Source of the DNA: Zygnema circumcarinatum SAG 698-1b
Taxonomy: Eukaryota > Plantae > Zygnematophyceae
Direction: 5' to 3'
Length of the DNA: 64,000 nt
Assembly: GCA_037447605.1 (NCBI GenBank)
Contig: CM074804.1
Location: 8,037,909 to 8,101,908, forward strand
Shown here: piece after piece, positions 34,601-53,098 of the stretch
Layout: each line of letters starts with the position of its first letter
Numbering within the stretch: position 1 is the first letter of the stretch
Notes under the pieces: generated by a model
Database searches by the model: none
What the model was told of the DNA's origin: nothing
The model's input: only the letters and a program-made list of their open reading frames with translations
Translations under genes and position numbers: made by a program

Positions 34601-37600
34601 TCGCACTTTTTCAGATTCCAGATCCTGCACATTGAATGATATAAGTCCTTTAGGCCGACAAGAATGGTAACGAATCAACACCTGGTCAGAAGCAGTGGTT
34701 GCTTCCAAGCAACTTGCTGTTCGAAGTTTGCTACACACACACCTCCACCAGTAATCAATAAGCAAAAGCAAAAACATAAACATACACACTACAAAACCTT
34801 GTACTGTTAACGTCTATTCAAAACGTCTATTCTAGGACCGGGTCTTGGGCGCGAATCCAATAGCCATTCTGAAATAAAAAACATTCAACTGCACGATTGA
34901 GAAACTCACTTACCTGGCTACCAAAGTGGACAGTGCCATGCTGATAGTCCAATTTCATCTGCACAAAGTTATACTTGACAGCATCCACTACCAGCCTCTC
35001 CAGATAGTTCAACCCTCCAAAGGTGATCATCTGAGTAAGGCTGCGCAGCTTCATAGTGTCGTACACTTGAGATGCCTGCACCATCAAACAAATGGAAGAC
35101 ATCAAATGGCAAAGCCAGATAACGACCATAGAAAAAGACGTATAGAGAACTGAATGTCTTGAGTAGGACACTAAAGAGTCGTTGACCCACGATAAGGCAA
35201 CCACAGAACTGCTGCAGAACAAAAAAAGTTTCACTCAAGCTAAGACAAACAGAAAGCTTTCTTTGTATACGTGGCAATAACTGACCCACCTGCTGTAGGA
35301 GACGCAGAGAAGTAAGCTTCTCCAGTGCAGGTACATACTGCTCTAGTTGAACTTCCGGAATAGGGGAGGCGGAAGAAAGTTTATCGCTCAAACCAGCGAG
35401 CTTGCTCAGAAGGGGTTGGACCCTGGTTGCAAGATCAAGGGGGTGGAACTCTGTCTCCACCACGTTGTGAAGCTCCCTCACCTCAGGTGGGACATATGCC
35501 ATGATACCCTTAGAAATCTGCATGCCCAAATCGCAACAGGATTCAGAAGAAACTCGATAGCCTTCTCAAAGTTCAATGACAAACGGTAGAATGGTAATTT
35601 AAAGTCAGCATTTCCACGGACATTGGCAAAGGTGCAAGAATCCCACAAGAAAGGGGTAGTAAAAACAAACGAGGTATTACTAGAGAAACTGTCGCCCTAG
35701 AGATTCTATCGCCCTCAAGTTCAGGCTCAATCTCAGACCAAATAAAGAAAATGGACTACCTTGAACATAATGCAACAGACAAGGAGTATGCAAGAGGCAG
35801 ATACACTACTTCAGATAGTTGTAGGTGGACACTTACCAGCTCCTGTAAGAGCGCAGACCTTGACAGCTGTATCAACCACCAAAAAAAAAACAAAATTGTT
35901 ATGTGAGTTTCAAATACAAGCAAAGGGCAAAGTCATTGCAAACCTATGGTCAATCCAAAGGGGCAAATTGACAAACAGCAAACTGTATGAGAAAACAAAC
36001 AAAAATTACTGAAATATATAGTCATACATCACCGACTATATGTCGGCTGTTTGCTCACCAGTTCCCGGCTATCCCTCTTCGGATCCAGTGTGAAACCCAG
36101 TAAGTTTGCCATTCGTATGTTGCGATCCTTCTCCATTTCAAGCTCAAAGTGATGCGCACCATATTTGTGGTCATACGGGGCAACCGACATAGTAGCTAAA
36201 ATGACAGACGAGGCCATCAGCTGCAAGTCTTTCTCCTTGAGATTCTTGTTGTAACTCTTCTGCAGGTTGTAAAGCTTGTACCACGCGTATGCATGGTAAA
36301 GATGACTCTCAGACATCCAAAAAATCTTCGTGAGTTTCGCATAGTAAATTGCCATCATTTGCGGCTTAGGAGACTTCTTGACTAGCGTCATGAGGCCATG
36401 AATATCTTCTATGGAACGGAAGGCCTCCTGGAAGTATCAAGCAACGAAAGCAACATGTCAGCATGGTCGACATTCAAAGGAAGTAATAAAATGGAAGGAA
36501 AAGTTATGTTCATGACCTCGAATCCTTTTATTACCAACTAGATAATTCTCATGTACAATCAAAATGACGGCCAATGTGAAAAATTTCATAGAGCAAACAA
36601 ATATGCGTTTGACGAAAATATTTCAAGCAGACTTAAAGAGGAATCAGCGATTCAAAACACAGGAGACACAAACAACAAATCCAACAATAAGGTGATCCGC
36701 AATCTTGTGCAGAGTGAGCTTGACAGTGGTCTGCAATTTTCAAGGAAGATGGATATAGAATTAGCTTCCAAGTACTGTGTTTTTTGTTTTTGTTTCGCGA
36801 GAACACCTTTAAGCTGGCAGTCAATTAAAGAAATTTTCCAGAGGCCACAGCTGGACTCAAAGGAAGCTCCCGTCGAAGGGCAAGACGGCTGGTTTACCTG
36901 CCATAACTCCAATTCCGTTGCTACCTTCAGCTGTTCAAACCTTGTCTCCAAGTAAAGTTGTAAGCTTTCTGGCTGAGAAAGGTCCGGCCTGTCGCGTTGA
37001 TCCCTGTATTTGTTCAAGTTTGCCAAATGATTCCGAAGGATCTCACAAAGGCGGCGAAATTCTGTTGTTCGCTTGTACTGCAAGCAGAACTGAAATGCTC
37101 GATGTGCAGTCATCTGCACAAGGTAAAAGACTTGAAATGACGACATCGAACACCGAACAGGCGAAACAAACTAAATCTTCTCATCACTCCACAGGTTCGT
37201 AAGGCTTTGAGGGGGGGCTGAGACTTTTGCATTGCTATTTTGAAAAGACCTCAAGGTAGGCGAGCTTCAGAATGTGTCCAGCTGTAACTGTCCTTGGAAA
37301 AAAGGCACATGCTGCAGAAAGTGCTAATTTTTCCAAATTCAAGTTCAGGACTGGGCAAGAATAAAAAAATGGCAAGAAACGTTCCTTGAACATCATCTCA
37401 CATGAATACATGTGGGCGGAACCAAATACTCTATCCCAATCTAAAGTAAAAAGCCAGATAACAAAAACTGCCTAGAAGGGAAGAAGTCGTGTACAAAAAC
37501 CGTTTTGCAGATTCCAATAAAAAGAAACTCCAAAGCAAAATTGAGACAAAAAAGGCTTCACTTACAGCGTAGAGCGTCTCCAGCTTCGAGTTGTTTCTAA

Positions 37601-38548
37601 GAATTTCCAAAACTGTCCTGTAAGTCTCCCATAAAAACTTAAACCAGGGAGTAACCAGCTCTCGATCTGCACGATCTTTCCCCTTTTCGCCACTCACAAA
37701 GCTCAGCATCAAATCCTCCGGCGTTTTGTCCTCTTCTAAATCCTTCACATCCAGCGACGTCACCTCAGCCGCTGCTTGTGCCTGAGCTTCCTCCGCCTTC
37801 TCTGTGGACAGCTTCATGAAGTGCTTAATGACCTCTTCTAAGGAACTAACATTCACTTGTTGGCAGACTATCCTGTATTGGATCAGACCATCCTTTGCAA
37901 AACGGCCTTTGCGCATGTCGACGCATAGTTCCACATACTTGAACATGATCTTCTCCAACGTTTTCTGCCATGTTCGATATCGTTTGGAGGTGATAAGGTC
38001 GTGAAGAGCCTGCAGGGCCGCCTGCTTCTGGCCGACATTCATCAACTCTGCAACGAGACAGCAGACGAAGACGTTACCAAATTGTATTGAAGAAATATAC
38101 GTTTACCACAACCTACAAACCTTGAACGACTCCAAACCGAACATGAAATTCACCATTTACATGTTCCACTTGCAGCCGACCTTGCAAGAATCATGGCCAA
38201 CTGCACACAAAAGTGTCTGCGTCGCTTTAAGGAGAAAACAGGCGTCCCAAAGCTCGCACTTCAGCATGCAACCTGTCGACCATGAACGCAAGAGTTTCCA
38301 ATTCTCTGTCACAGCCATGAAGGCCCGTCCAGGACTCTCTCAAATAAAACAATCCCATTCTAATATCACAGATTCCACCACTCTCTCCCTCCTTGCGACG
38401 TGGCCGAACCGCCAGAAGCAGAATTCGCACACTCATCATCCAAAATCCAAAATTCCCCTCTTCCCCCTTGCGCCGCCATAGCCACCACTCTCTCCTCCTC
38501 ACCTTCCGCACGCTTGAGCGCATTCTCGGGCTTCGCAAAGGTTGCCAT
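31629..38548 (-). CDS. EIF3A: Eukaryotic translation initiation factor 3 subunit A, multi-exon
   Basis: [15 protein letters not shown]|[48 protein letters not shown]...[28 protein letters not shown] region (ATELELWQ|[12 protein letters not shown]), long coiled coil ([17 protein letters not shown]) and an RGD/W-repeat C-tail ending KWRPKSRPT*. Includes a 30-nt exon [10 protein letters not shown] near 35838-35867. Confidence 0.97.
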
Positions 38549-38633
38549 GGCTGCCCCCGCTGCGCGCCGCCCTGGCCGCTCCTTGCGGAGAGGGAAAGAG
38601 GGCGACGAGAGAGAGAGCGCGCCGGCGAGTTCC

Positions 38634-39145
38634 AAAACCCTAACCCCTCCGACGCGGCCCGGGAACCGGCCAAGCCGCAAGCTGCAGCGCTGCCATCAAA
38701 GCATATGGGGCTCCATGCGGTGTCGCTGTTGCCAATTCCGGTGGCGAATCAGGGCAGTCTCTTCGAGCCCAGAAAGGGCCCAAACTCCGTTTTTTTCTTT
38801 CTTATTTTGTGCGCTAAAATAAAAACTTAACTCTTAACAGCGATCACGGTACGGCTCGAATTCTTTTTTGATTTCGTCATCAAACATCAACAAGAAAAGC
38901 CTTGATGCGAGCTGACGACTGTACGGAGTATGTTTAGTACCAAGCACTATGCATGGCTGACCGCTGACATGGAAAGGGCACACAGGGTGACGTCATTCCA
39001 GCTTGCGATCGAGAAATGTTTTTTCTGAACCAGTTGGCGGTGCAAACCGGTCTTGGGCAGCGAATCAACAAATCCAGTGACGTCATAGTTTTGTAGGTGA
39101 GTGGCAAACTTGACCCCCTAATCCCCTATAAGAAAATGACGTCAT
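38634..39145. promoter_or_regulatory. Divergent promoter eIF3a / RRM gene: telo-box plus three perfect TGACGTCA (CRE/C-box) palindromes
   Basis: AAACCCTAA at ~38635-38643, within 100 bp upstream of the eIF3a ATG. TGACGTCA at 38988, 39078 and 39137. Confidence 0.6.
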
Positions 39146-39447
39146 CAAGCTGGCCACTTCTGATGGGTTTCAGACGCAAAAGCTGCGAAACGACAGTTGA
39201 ACGGCCAGTCGAACTGTCACAAAAACTGTCATAGAACCGGTTGCATAGAATCTAACGGAAGGGCGTTGCTGCCACAATAGAGTATTTTCCGACCAATGAA
39301 AAATTGGCACGTGTGCACCTAGTACACGCGGCAAATATTTAGTGGTGGATGCTTTGCCATATTGAGGGGGCATTTCCAGTGCTGAGGAACCCCCTGCTGA
39401 GTTCCTGCATGAAAGGAGAGCTCCTCCAGAAGGAGAGGCTGGCAGCC

Positions 39448-42400
39448 ATGGCGGACCCGGACGACCCCTGCGCCGTTTACGTGGGAGGCCTCTCCTTCAG
39501 CACCGACGATGAAAGCCTTCGGAAGGAATTCTCCGACATGGGTGAAATTGCTTCCACAAAGGTGCGGCCTTTATTGAACTCTCAAAGGTGCACCCCTGTC
39601 CCTATTGTTTGTGGATCTTGATTTGATGATGAGGTGATAGCATGAAGACAGCAGAGCCTGGTTTGAGCCTGGATTTAGGGCCGGAGATGAGGCTGGGTGA
39701 AGAATGCGCAAGCGCATTGGAATGAATGTGCCTCTGCTGAATGGGTCCAGGGTATCCTGCAAGGGTTTGCAGGGAGGGCCTAGAAGCATAAATATTGAAG
39801 AAGAAGGGAACTTACTGGCTGCGTTTCAAGGCAGGCATACAGATTTGTGAGCCGGCGGAGAGGCCATATTTGGCAGCTCAGTGAGAACCGGTGCAAGATG
39901 TTGCAGGGAATGCTCTTGATAATGTCAAGCAAGGCGGCAAATCATTCGTAAATTAAGAGAGATTCAATTATTTCGTAATCATCTGGATCGTCTTCGTGTC
40001 TTTTTCTTTTCCTGGGAGATTATTCCGTCCTTCAAATGGACATACTTCTTATTCTGAGAAGGCGTATCGTCCTTGCTATGGCAAACTTGGCGATATGGAC
40101 ATACTTTGAACAATTTTTGGACATACATTGAGCAATTTTGGGACATATTTTGAATATATCTTGATCAGAGAGCGTTGTTGAGAAAGGTTTCATGGTTCCT
40201 GAGCTCATTTGCTACGGTTTGAAAGAAATGACGTCTCTGCTACACATTGTTTCCCCTTTCATATTCATGAGGTCAGTCCGTGATCATCCACGCTACCGTG
40301 GGGCTGACACGGTTTACTTCACTATTCAGTTTCTTGTTGATTTGTTAGCACTCGTGAACAGTTTGCACCACTTGAATAGGCACGCGAACTGCTCCCCCTT
40401 CCCCATCCCTCTCCTCTTTCCCCTTTCCCTCTCTCCCTTCTCCGGTTATAGAGAGCCCACGCTGCGAAAAGAAAGGCAATGGGCAGTACACATTAGCGTC
40501 TCTCTATGCATGTCCAACGGCATTGTGTATTTGTATTTTTGCTCTAGTTATCGAGTGGTGTATTCTCTGCATAGCTTTGTGATAATTCAGCGTTCATTTT
40601 TTGTCCGTCTTTGCAATTGTTCAATGCAGGTCATATATGATAGAGATACTCGTCAACCGCGCGGCTTCGGGTTTGTCGTGTTCACAAGTCCCCGGGCAGC
40701 ACAAAATGCAATTCGAAAAATGGATGGCCAGGTGATTCAGTCCTGCTTAGAACTTTTCTGCACAAATCACTTTATGGAAAGTCCTCACATGCCTTTTTTG
40801 GAAGCGTGTGTTGAGTAATTGATAAGTGAGTCTCAGTCCTTAATGCAAAGGTACGGAATTCTGCTCTGCAGGTCATTGATGGTAGGCAGATTCGGGTGAG
40901 CGAGGTGAGAAAGAAAGAAGATCGTGCTTATGTTCGAGATGCTTTCAGAGGGGGGAACAGAGATCGGGACCGCGATCGCGATCGTGATCGAGATCGGTAA
41001 GCTTCTTTGGATGTTTATGTATTCGAGAAAAGCTCGACAATATTAGTTTTTGTAAGCAGTTTATCAATGTACGAGTCAATATACTGGGGAATCCCCTTTT
41101 GCTGTGTTCTTATTTTGTCCAGTTTGTCCTCCTCTACTCTCCCTCTCCCTTGTGAGGTAAACCTTTCTCAGTTTCGGACTGAGTCAGATTATTGTTAAGT
41201 GATCAGTTCGACATGTGAATTACTTTGCTGCAGCTTTAATAGACGGTCACCTGGACCAATGAGAGGCCGAGCTCGTTCTCCTTCTGATTACAGACGGAGC
41301 CATTCCCCTCGTGAGTCCGTACAACTCCTTCATTGTTCTTATCTGTTAATGTGAAGCCTTCCTCTCCATATTACAGCTGGTATTGGGACTTTGTTCAACT
41401 CTGCATTCCAATGTTACCGGCTCATTTGCCGAACATGAGATATTTTGTTTTGTTGTGCAAGGCAGGTCGAAGTCCACGGCCCTCTTCCCCAGGCAGAAAG
41501 CCGAGTCATACTCCTCTCTCACGTTCTCCAGAGAGTCCTGCAAGGTATTGAAGAGAGTGAGTGAAGTTTTAGATTTGGAATGAAGATTTACTTTTAGCTT
41601 GCACTTTATCTGCATCGTTAGTTAGTGCTATGTTCCGGGTCGCTATTTTAACTTATGGGTTCGGTCAAAATGTGGCAAAGGAAGGTGGGAGGGAGTTGGT
41701 GGGAGTGAGGGAGGGTGAGGGTGTGGGTGGTTGAGGGAAAATTCTTGTTAGCATTCGTTGTTGCTGCTTGTATCATCTTATGTGACTAGCTAGTGGTTGA
41801 GGTTAATGATTGATGGTTGACTTGCAGGAAAGGGCAAGATCAGAAGCAAGATGGGGAGCAGGATGCGGGTGTCAATCCTCTAGATGGTGACGTCAGAGCT
41901 GAAAAGATGGCTACAGACGATCGAATAGCTGAACCAGAACGGGTGAGATCAAACCTCACAGTTTTTATTTGGAATAAGACTAGCTAGTTTTTCTCTTTTT
42001 TGGCAAGGTTAAGCAGTGCTTATGTTGAAGGAAGTGCAAATTGGGTCTCTTGGTTATGGGCTACAAATGCTTCAACTGTTGAATCCCCTTCTTGATTGAG
42101 CTCGGTGCTTGGCTGACTGTTTGACAAGAAGCAAGAATGCTCTGTGAATTTGTTTATAGAGGGGCCATAGTTAACTGTTTGCATCATCTTCACCATGTTT
42201 CATGCCTTAGCTTCATTCTTTACTTCAAATCTAAACTTAGCTTTTCTGAGGAATCAGGTGGGCCGCGAATATGATGATCTCCAGTCTGAGGTCGACCGGT
42301 TAACAGCAAAACGCAATGAATTGAATGAAAAGGTGAGATTCCGTCTCCATAGCATGAAGACGCAAATCTCAAAAGTACTTGCCTTGAACAATCTCGGAGC

Positions 42401-43816
42401 AATCATCATTGGAGTTTACTGCTTTCGTGGAATTGAGTAAGCCTTATCCAGATGTGATGGAAACAATTGAAAGCCATTGGTAGCCAGTACTCGTTTGGAA
42501 TCCCATTTCTTTTCCATCCCTTCATCCTTTCGTCTTCTTTTCTTTCCCTTCTTTTCTTCTCCTTTTTCTTTCCCCATTTCTTTCTTCTTTTTCGCTTTCC
42601 ATCCGTCTATTGTACTGAAACGTTTCCTTAGGGTTCCTTTTCAGGTCAAGGCTCTTGAGGCAAGCTTGGATCGAAGTGCTTCAGCGGAAGCGACCTTGGA
42701 AGCAAAAGTGCAGGTATTGGATATCTCCTTCTCTTTCTTGTCTCCCTTCGTCTCTCGCGGGAAGATTGCCTTTCGCCCTTCCACTCCGATTCTTTCACAG
42801 TGCAGTTAATCCACACCTTGTACTTGGGACTACTTTCAATTTCATTGGAGTGTGTATTGAGGGAATTCACTTCTCTTTCCCTGTTGTGTGCTATTTTTTC
42901 TCGTTCTAAAGAGCAAAGAGGAGGTTGTCTTGTTCGAGATTCTTGCAGAAACTTGAGCAATCCTTGAAGGAAGCTCTTGCAGTGCGGCAACAGAGATCGG
43001 GCAACTTCACAAAGGTGAGCTTTGATAATGAGGAGGGACATAGACCGTTTTGAGTTTTCTCGTACTCTCTTTCGCATGAGAGGGGGATTTTGTACAGGAT
43101 CGTCATTACATGTCTTAACTAACTTCGACTGCTCAACTTTTACAAAGGGTTTGTAGGGGCTTGTAGTTCTTCTTCGTCACATATTAATGCTGCGAGAATA
43201 TCTTGATGGTTGTAGTTTGTGGAGAAAGAGTCTCAGCCTGTACTCGTATTTGAGGTTCTTTCGTTCTTCCATTGTTCTGCAATCTGTCAGCCTCTAATGC
43301 CTCAAATGATGCATGTTGCAGATTCGACGTGCTGTCATTCGAATTCAGGACGCCGAGGAGCAGCGGAAGGAGAGCGAGAAGGAGCTAAAGGTGAGCCGTT
43401 TTACATGCATTTGGCCCGTATGGTGATATGTGTTTGGTAATTTTCTCCTTTTTTGTGCCTCACTTAGGGGTCGGTGTTTCAATTGAAGGTGCGCAAATCC
43501 CAAGTTGCCGCGTGTGCTTTCTGATGTGGCGAGCTATGGTTTGGATCATGAGTTTAGTCTGTGCCCTCAATGGATACTCACGCTGCCCTCAATGGGTATC
43601 AGAAACTCCCTATACCCGGGGATTCTTTTAAGTAGCATGCAGTTTGTGAACTTGCATAAGCGAGTCTTACTCACCCATTCCTTGTTACCTCGTCTATGTT
43701 ATCCCCTTCAAGTGGACACACCATATTCTCACCATATTCATCACTTGTTGGATGGTACGCAGGCTTTGATGACCAGCGTGGCTTCAGAGATAGAGCCTTT
43801 GGATGGTGAAGGCTAG
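39448..43816 (+). CDS. RRM RNA-binding protein with RD/RS-rich linker and C-terminal coiled coil (putative splicing-related), ~10 exons
   Basis: MADPDDPCAVYVGGLSFSTDDESLRKEF (RNP2)|VIYDRDTRQPRGFGFVVF (RNP1)...MDGQ|VIDGRQIRVSEV...RDRDRDRDRDRDR|...RSPGPMRGRARSPSDYRRSHSP|...EYDDLQSEVDRLTAKRNELNEK|VKALEASL...|KLEQSLKEALAVRQQR...|IRRAVIRIQDAEEQRKESEKELK|ALMTSVASEIEPLDGEG*. Confidence 0.82.
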
Positions 43817-44545
43817 TGGACATTCAGATAGTCACATATGGGCGATGGAAGGGTTGTGTTACTTCTATGGGGCCATGTACTCGTGCATGGGCCGTCTCTC
43901 CATCCCACGGGATAGTGCTGCTCGGTTTCCAAGGTCACCTCTCTCCTGTCAAGGGGTTGTACTGGACGAGTTTTTGTCATAAGGTTTTCTCCATTAGTTG
44001 CTGGAAGGTCAGCAGGGCATTGTGTGGCTGCATGTGCTCAAAAGGTCAGCATATGGCCGTGGAACGTGGGAGCCATTTTGACAAAGGCGACATGCTTTGA
44101 ACGAGAAAGATTGATTCCATTGTGCTCAGTAGGCTGTACAATGAAGGTGAAGGTGAAGGTGAAGGTGTGCAACTCGTCTCCCTTCCTGCTTAAAGCTTCT
44201 AGAGACACACGTACAGGTGAACACAATCTCACACGAGCACATATAGGTATGTGCATCTATGCATATCCATGCACGCAACGGACATACATACTCCCCCTCA
44301 ACCACCTCATCAACCATCATACTTTTCCACTGATTATATACAGTTCTTAATGGAACGTCAACAATCTCTCACCCAAGCGAGCGCGTCAACCAATGCAGCT
44401 CAATGTAGCCACAAGAATTACCTCTATTCACAAACAAACAACTTTGACACAACAAACATATCCCTAATCAACAGAAAAAAAAAAAAACTAAACTCTCTCC
44501 TCTCCTCACATGAAGAAGACACAGCCCATAAGCGACACAGACAGC

Positions 44546-46756
44546 CTATGGTATGAGAACTGTAGAGCCGGTGGTCCTCCTCCCTTCGAGGTCTGCTTGC
44601 GCCTTTGAAACATCAGAAAGAGCATACCTCTGGTCGATGCGGACCTTCAAAAGGCCTCCTCCCACAGCTGCAAAGAGCTCTCCGGCGCTCTCAAGCAGGT
44701 CCCTCCTCTTGGCGGTGTAGTCAAGGAGAGAGGGGCGAGTGAGGAAGAGGGATTTTGCGGCTAAGGCAGAAAGGGGGATAGGGTCTGGTGTCCCTGAAGA
44801 CTGCCCATAGCATATGAGGTAGCCGAAAGGGGCCAAGCACTGCAAGGAGCCCTGCAGGACATCCGGCAGTTGAAACAGAGATTTTAGAATTTTGAAAATT
44901 TAAGGGTTTCAGAGAGTCATACAGGAAGGAGGAGTGGACTGGTTCAGATTCCATATGGGAGTTTCTGCGTCTGTTAAATTATACAGTAATGATGAAGATG
45001 AAGATGACATAAAGGATGAGATTACTGTTCGTTTACCTGAACTGTGTCCTTCCCAACAGAGTCATATACAACAGCCACTCCTTCTCCGCCAGTTATCTCC
45101 TTCACTCGTTCCACAAAGTTCTCAGATTTGTAGAGGATTATATGGTCCGCCCCATCCTCCTTCGCCTGCTTGGCCTTCTCCTCCGTAGAAACCGTTCCAA
45201 TGACAACAGCTCCCAATGCTTTCCCCCACTGAACAAGTAACGATCCGACCCCCCCCGCCGCTGCATGAACCAAAATCGTTTGCCCCGGCTGCACCTGCAA
45301 GGCCAAAAAGAGCAAAAGCAAAGTCCAGCATTCTCTCAGTGGAGAAGAGCTAAGAAACCAGTTTCTTCCTTAAAACTCTCTTCCGAGCAAACCTAATTCT
45401 GCAAGTAAAACCCTGCCAACCCACTGACTTAAAGACCTGTTCGACCCCAGCCAGGCTTACAACCAAACTCTTCGTACTCAAACTTTGCACCTTTTTATGC
45501 ATATAAAAACCACTCTATTTCGGCAAAATTCGTTCTATTTGAACGCACCTTGAAGCAGCGCCGCAAGAGGAACTGCGCAGTCATCCCCTTGAGCAGCATG
45601 GCGGCTGCCATCTCATCGCTAATATTGTCCGGAATGGGTATGAGTTTCTCTGCATCTATGAGTCTCTCTTGAGAATATGCACCCATAGGGCCGGCTGCAT
45701 AGCCGACTCGGTCACCTACCATCCTGCCGGTCAATCCGGAGCCGACACCTGTCACTACTCCCACGGCCTCAAAGCCTGCACGGCCCATATCCAGCAAAGG
45801 GCAAAATTTGTTTGCTCAATAGTAGAGCATAGGGGAGGATGAAGGGTTTCGGAGAACGGCAGAGATTGAAGTTCGAGGTCAGTGAAGTGGTTTAGAGGGA
45901 GTGGGGTTGAGTGGGGAGAGTCTTAGAATACGAATTTGATTGAAATTTCCTTGTTCTCAGTGCGCTTCTACTTTGAAGGAGGCAGTACAGGTGTAGATTT
46001 TGAAGTTCAGAATGCAAAGGCCGATTAGGGTTAGCATTGAAGGCTCACCGGGGATAAAAGGGAATGAAGCTGGCTTGTAGACTCCTGTGCGAAAGTAAAC
46101 ATCAATGAAATTAAGCCCGATAGCAGTGTGCCGGATCTTTACTTGGCCGGGGCCAGGCTCGCCCACCTCCACATCTTCCCATTTCAAAACCTGCATGCAA
46201 AATTAATAAAAGGAAAGAAAAGAAAAAATAAATGAGGATAGAAGCAATCACAAGCCGAAGGGTGAATACAGCGACCACCAATTCTTGAAAGTTTGAAGCC
46301 GAAACTATTTCAACAGGAGAGCTTCTATCCCTCCTCCCTTTCCTTATCAAAGGACGAACCCATCAACATATAAAAGCAATCTCAAATAAGCATGGACTCA
46401 ATCCCATGCATCCAAATTTCTGCGAGATTTTTGCTACAACTCTTTTTTCCAGTAAAAATGATCTCACACATCACCTCGGGTCCTCCAATTTCATACACTT
46501 TAATCGCTTTCGACATTGCTCCACGAGAAGCTTTCGTCCTATCGCCTGCCTCCTCCCTGCTTGCAACGCCACTCCCTTCCAGACCCCCTACTTCCGCCTG
46601 TTTGCTGACAGCTCTCACAACCCTAACGAGTAGCCGTCCTCTCCCTCTCTCTGAACCCCTCGCTCTCACTCTCCCTCCCGCCCAAAATGCTGTCAGAGAG
46701 TCCGTCTGCCTGCACGCCAAGCCAAATCGGGAGACTACAGTAGAAAGAGCGCTCAT
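44546..46756 (-). CDS. NADPH:quinone oxidoreductase (zeta-crystallin/MDR family) with a putative transit peptide, 5 exons
   Basis: MSKAIKVYEIGGPE|VLKWED...HTAIGLNFIDVYFRTGVY...|GFEAVGVV...LLKGMTAQFLL...|VQPGQTILVHAAAGGVGSLLVQW (AAxGGVG NADPH motif)...|GSLQCLAPFGYLICYGQSSG...SLFLTRPSL...RRTTGSTVLIP*. An 80-aa Arg/Ser/Ala-rich extension runs from ATG 46756. Confidence 0.95.
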
Positions 46757-47156
46757 GAAGGAGCTTGATGGGCTGCTCGCCCTCTTAATAGGGACCTTTA
46801 CTCTTTACCTCACTCTCCTCCTGCTGCCTCTTCTTCGCCTGTCTGAAGGAGGGGCCATGGCTGCCATGCGACGAAGGTGCCCAAGGTTGTGACGTTAGCG
46901 TCACTGAGGATGACGTAAGTGATACGCGTGGAGATGGTGACACGTTGCATTGCATTGCACTTTCCTTTGGCCCCTTTTTCCCTCCCTTGGGGTTCGCACC
47001 TGCTTATGGAGTGTGATGAAACTTGGGGAAGACTTGGGAAACTGGTTCTCTCAAAAGTTGGGAAAAGGTTTTGCTTTTTCGAGAGAGGCCATGTAAGGGG
47101 AATGTGTCGACTTGTGGAAGAATTGAGAACAGTTTTGACATTATTTTTTTCTTTGT

Positions 47157-47215
47157 CAATGATTGCAACCATTGGACCATTGATTCGCAACCACCCACCA
47201 ATGGTTGTAACCACT
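47157..47215 (-). repeat. Short dispersed copy of the CCAAT palindromic satellite, in inverted orientation
   Basis: Reverse complement reads ggttacaaccattggtgggtggttgcgaatcaatggtccaatggttgcaatcattg, matching the 27.3-27.8 kb satellite. Confidence 0.75.
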
Positions 47216-47893
47216 AGCAGCAATCACCCTTCAAGGTCTGGATGTCGATAAAGGCCAACTCTTTTGCAGCTTCCCCACTGACAAAAAAAGCAAGAAGAGC
47301 CTAAAACGACCCCCCCCCGCCCCTCCCCTCCCTCAGTTTTTCCACATTGACTTATGTACATGTCACATGTTTTGTTTTGTTTTTGTCTCTTTCCTTTCCT
47401 TGTATGGAAGAGGCATTGCCTTGCCACGCCCTGCAGAACCCTCTACATGAGAAAACGAAGAAAGGAATGATGTAAAGAACAGGATGAACACATGGCAACG
47501 CATCACATCATCACCCATTCGACAAGGCAAAAAGTGACGTATCCGGGTCTTCTCTTTATTTCAAAAGGGACAGCGTTGGCATTGAAATTTTAAAAAAAGT
47601 TTGAATTTTCAATTGTGCCTACAAAAAAAAATGTGCCGAAAATAACCTGCCAGTGAAGGTAGGTGCAAAAAAAGAATCTCATGTGTCCCCCTGTCAGAAA
47701 GTTAAGAAAGAGAAAATAAATCCAAGGCGAGCCATGCCTTGCTTCCTGCCTGCCATGCAATTAGGGTTAAACAGCGACTGAATTCAGCGAAATTTCTGTC
47801 CAGGAAATGGCCCAACATGTAAAGGAGCAAGTGCTCGCATAGCCCCCAAAATTAAACATTTAATCTGTCGAGAATTCGAAGTCGATGATCTGA

Positions 47894-52836
<4,943 letters not shown>

Positions 52837-53098
52837 GGCGGAAATTCTAATTGCAGTTACCGCGAGGTTACTGCCCTGTGGGGCTTCCAACAAACCGCCA
52901 AACAAGGGAAGAGGGAAGCAGAGCTCTTCAAGCAGCAGGTCCTCCTCCGCGGGCCCTCACATTCATACACTCCGTGTCTTTTGTTTCCCTCTCTCGCTCC
53001 CCGTCTCTCCCTCTCCCTCTCCCTCTCCCTCTCCCTCCAACTCCCCTCCCTCCCACTGCCTCCTCCCTTGCCCCCCCTCCCCTCTCTCAGGGCACACT

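Noticed and set aside
44546-46756. Recent bacterial horizontal transfer of qor
   Set aside because: The gene has four spliceosomal introns and a presequence, and land plants have the same bacterial-like QOR subfamily.
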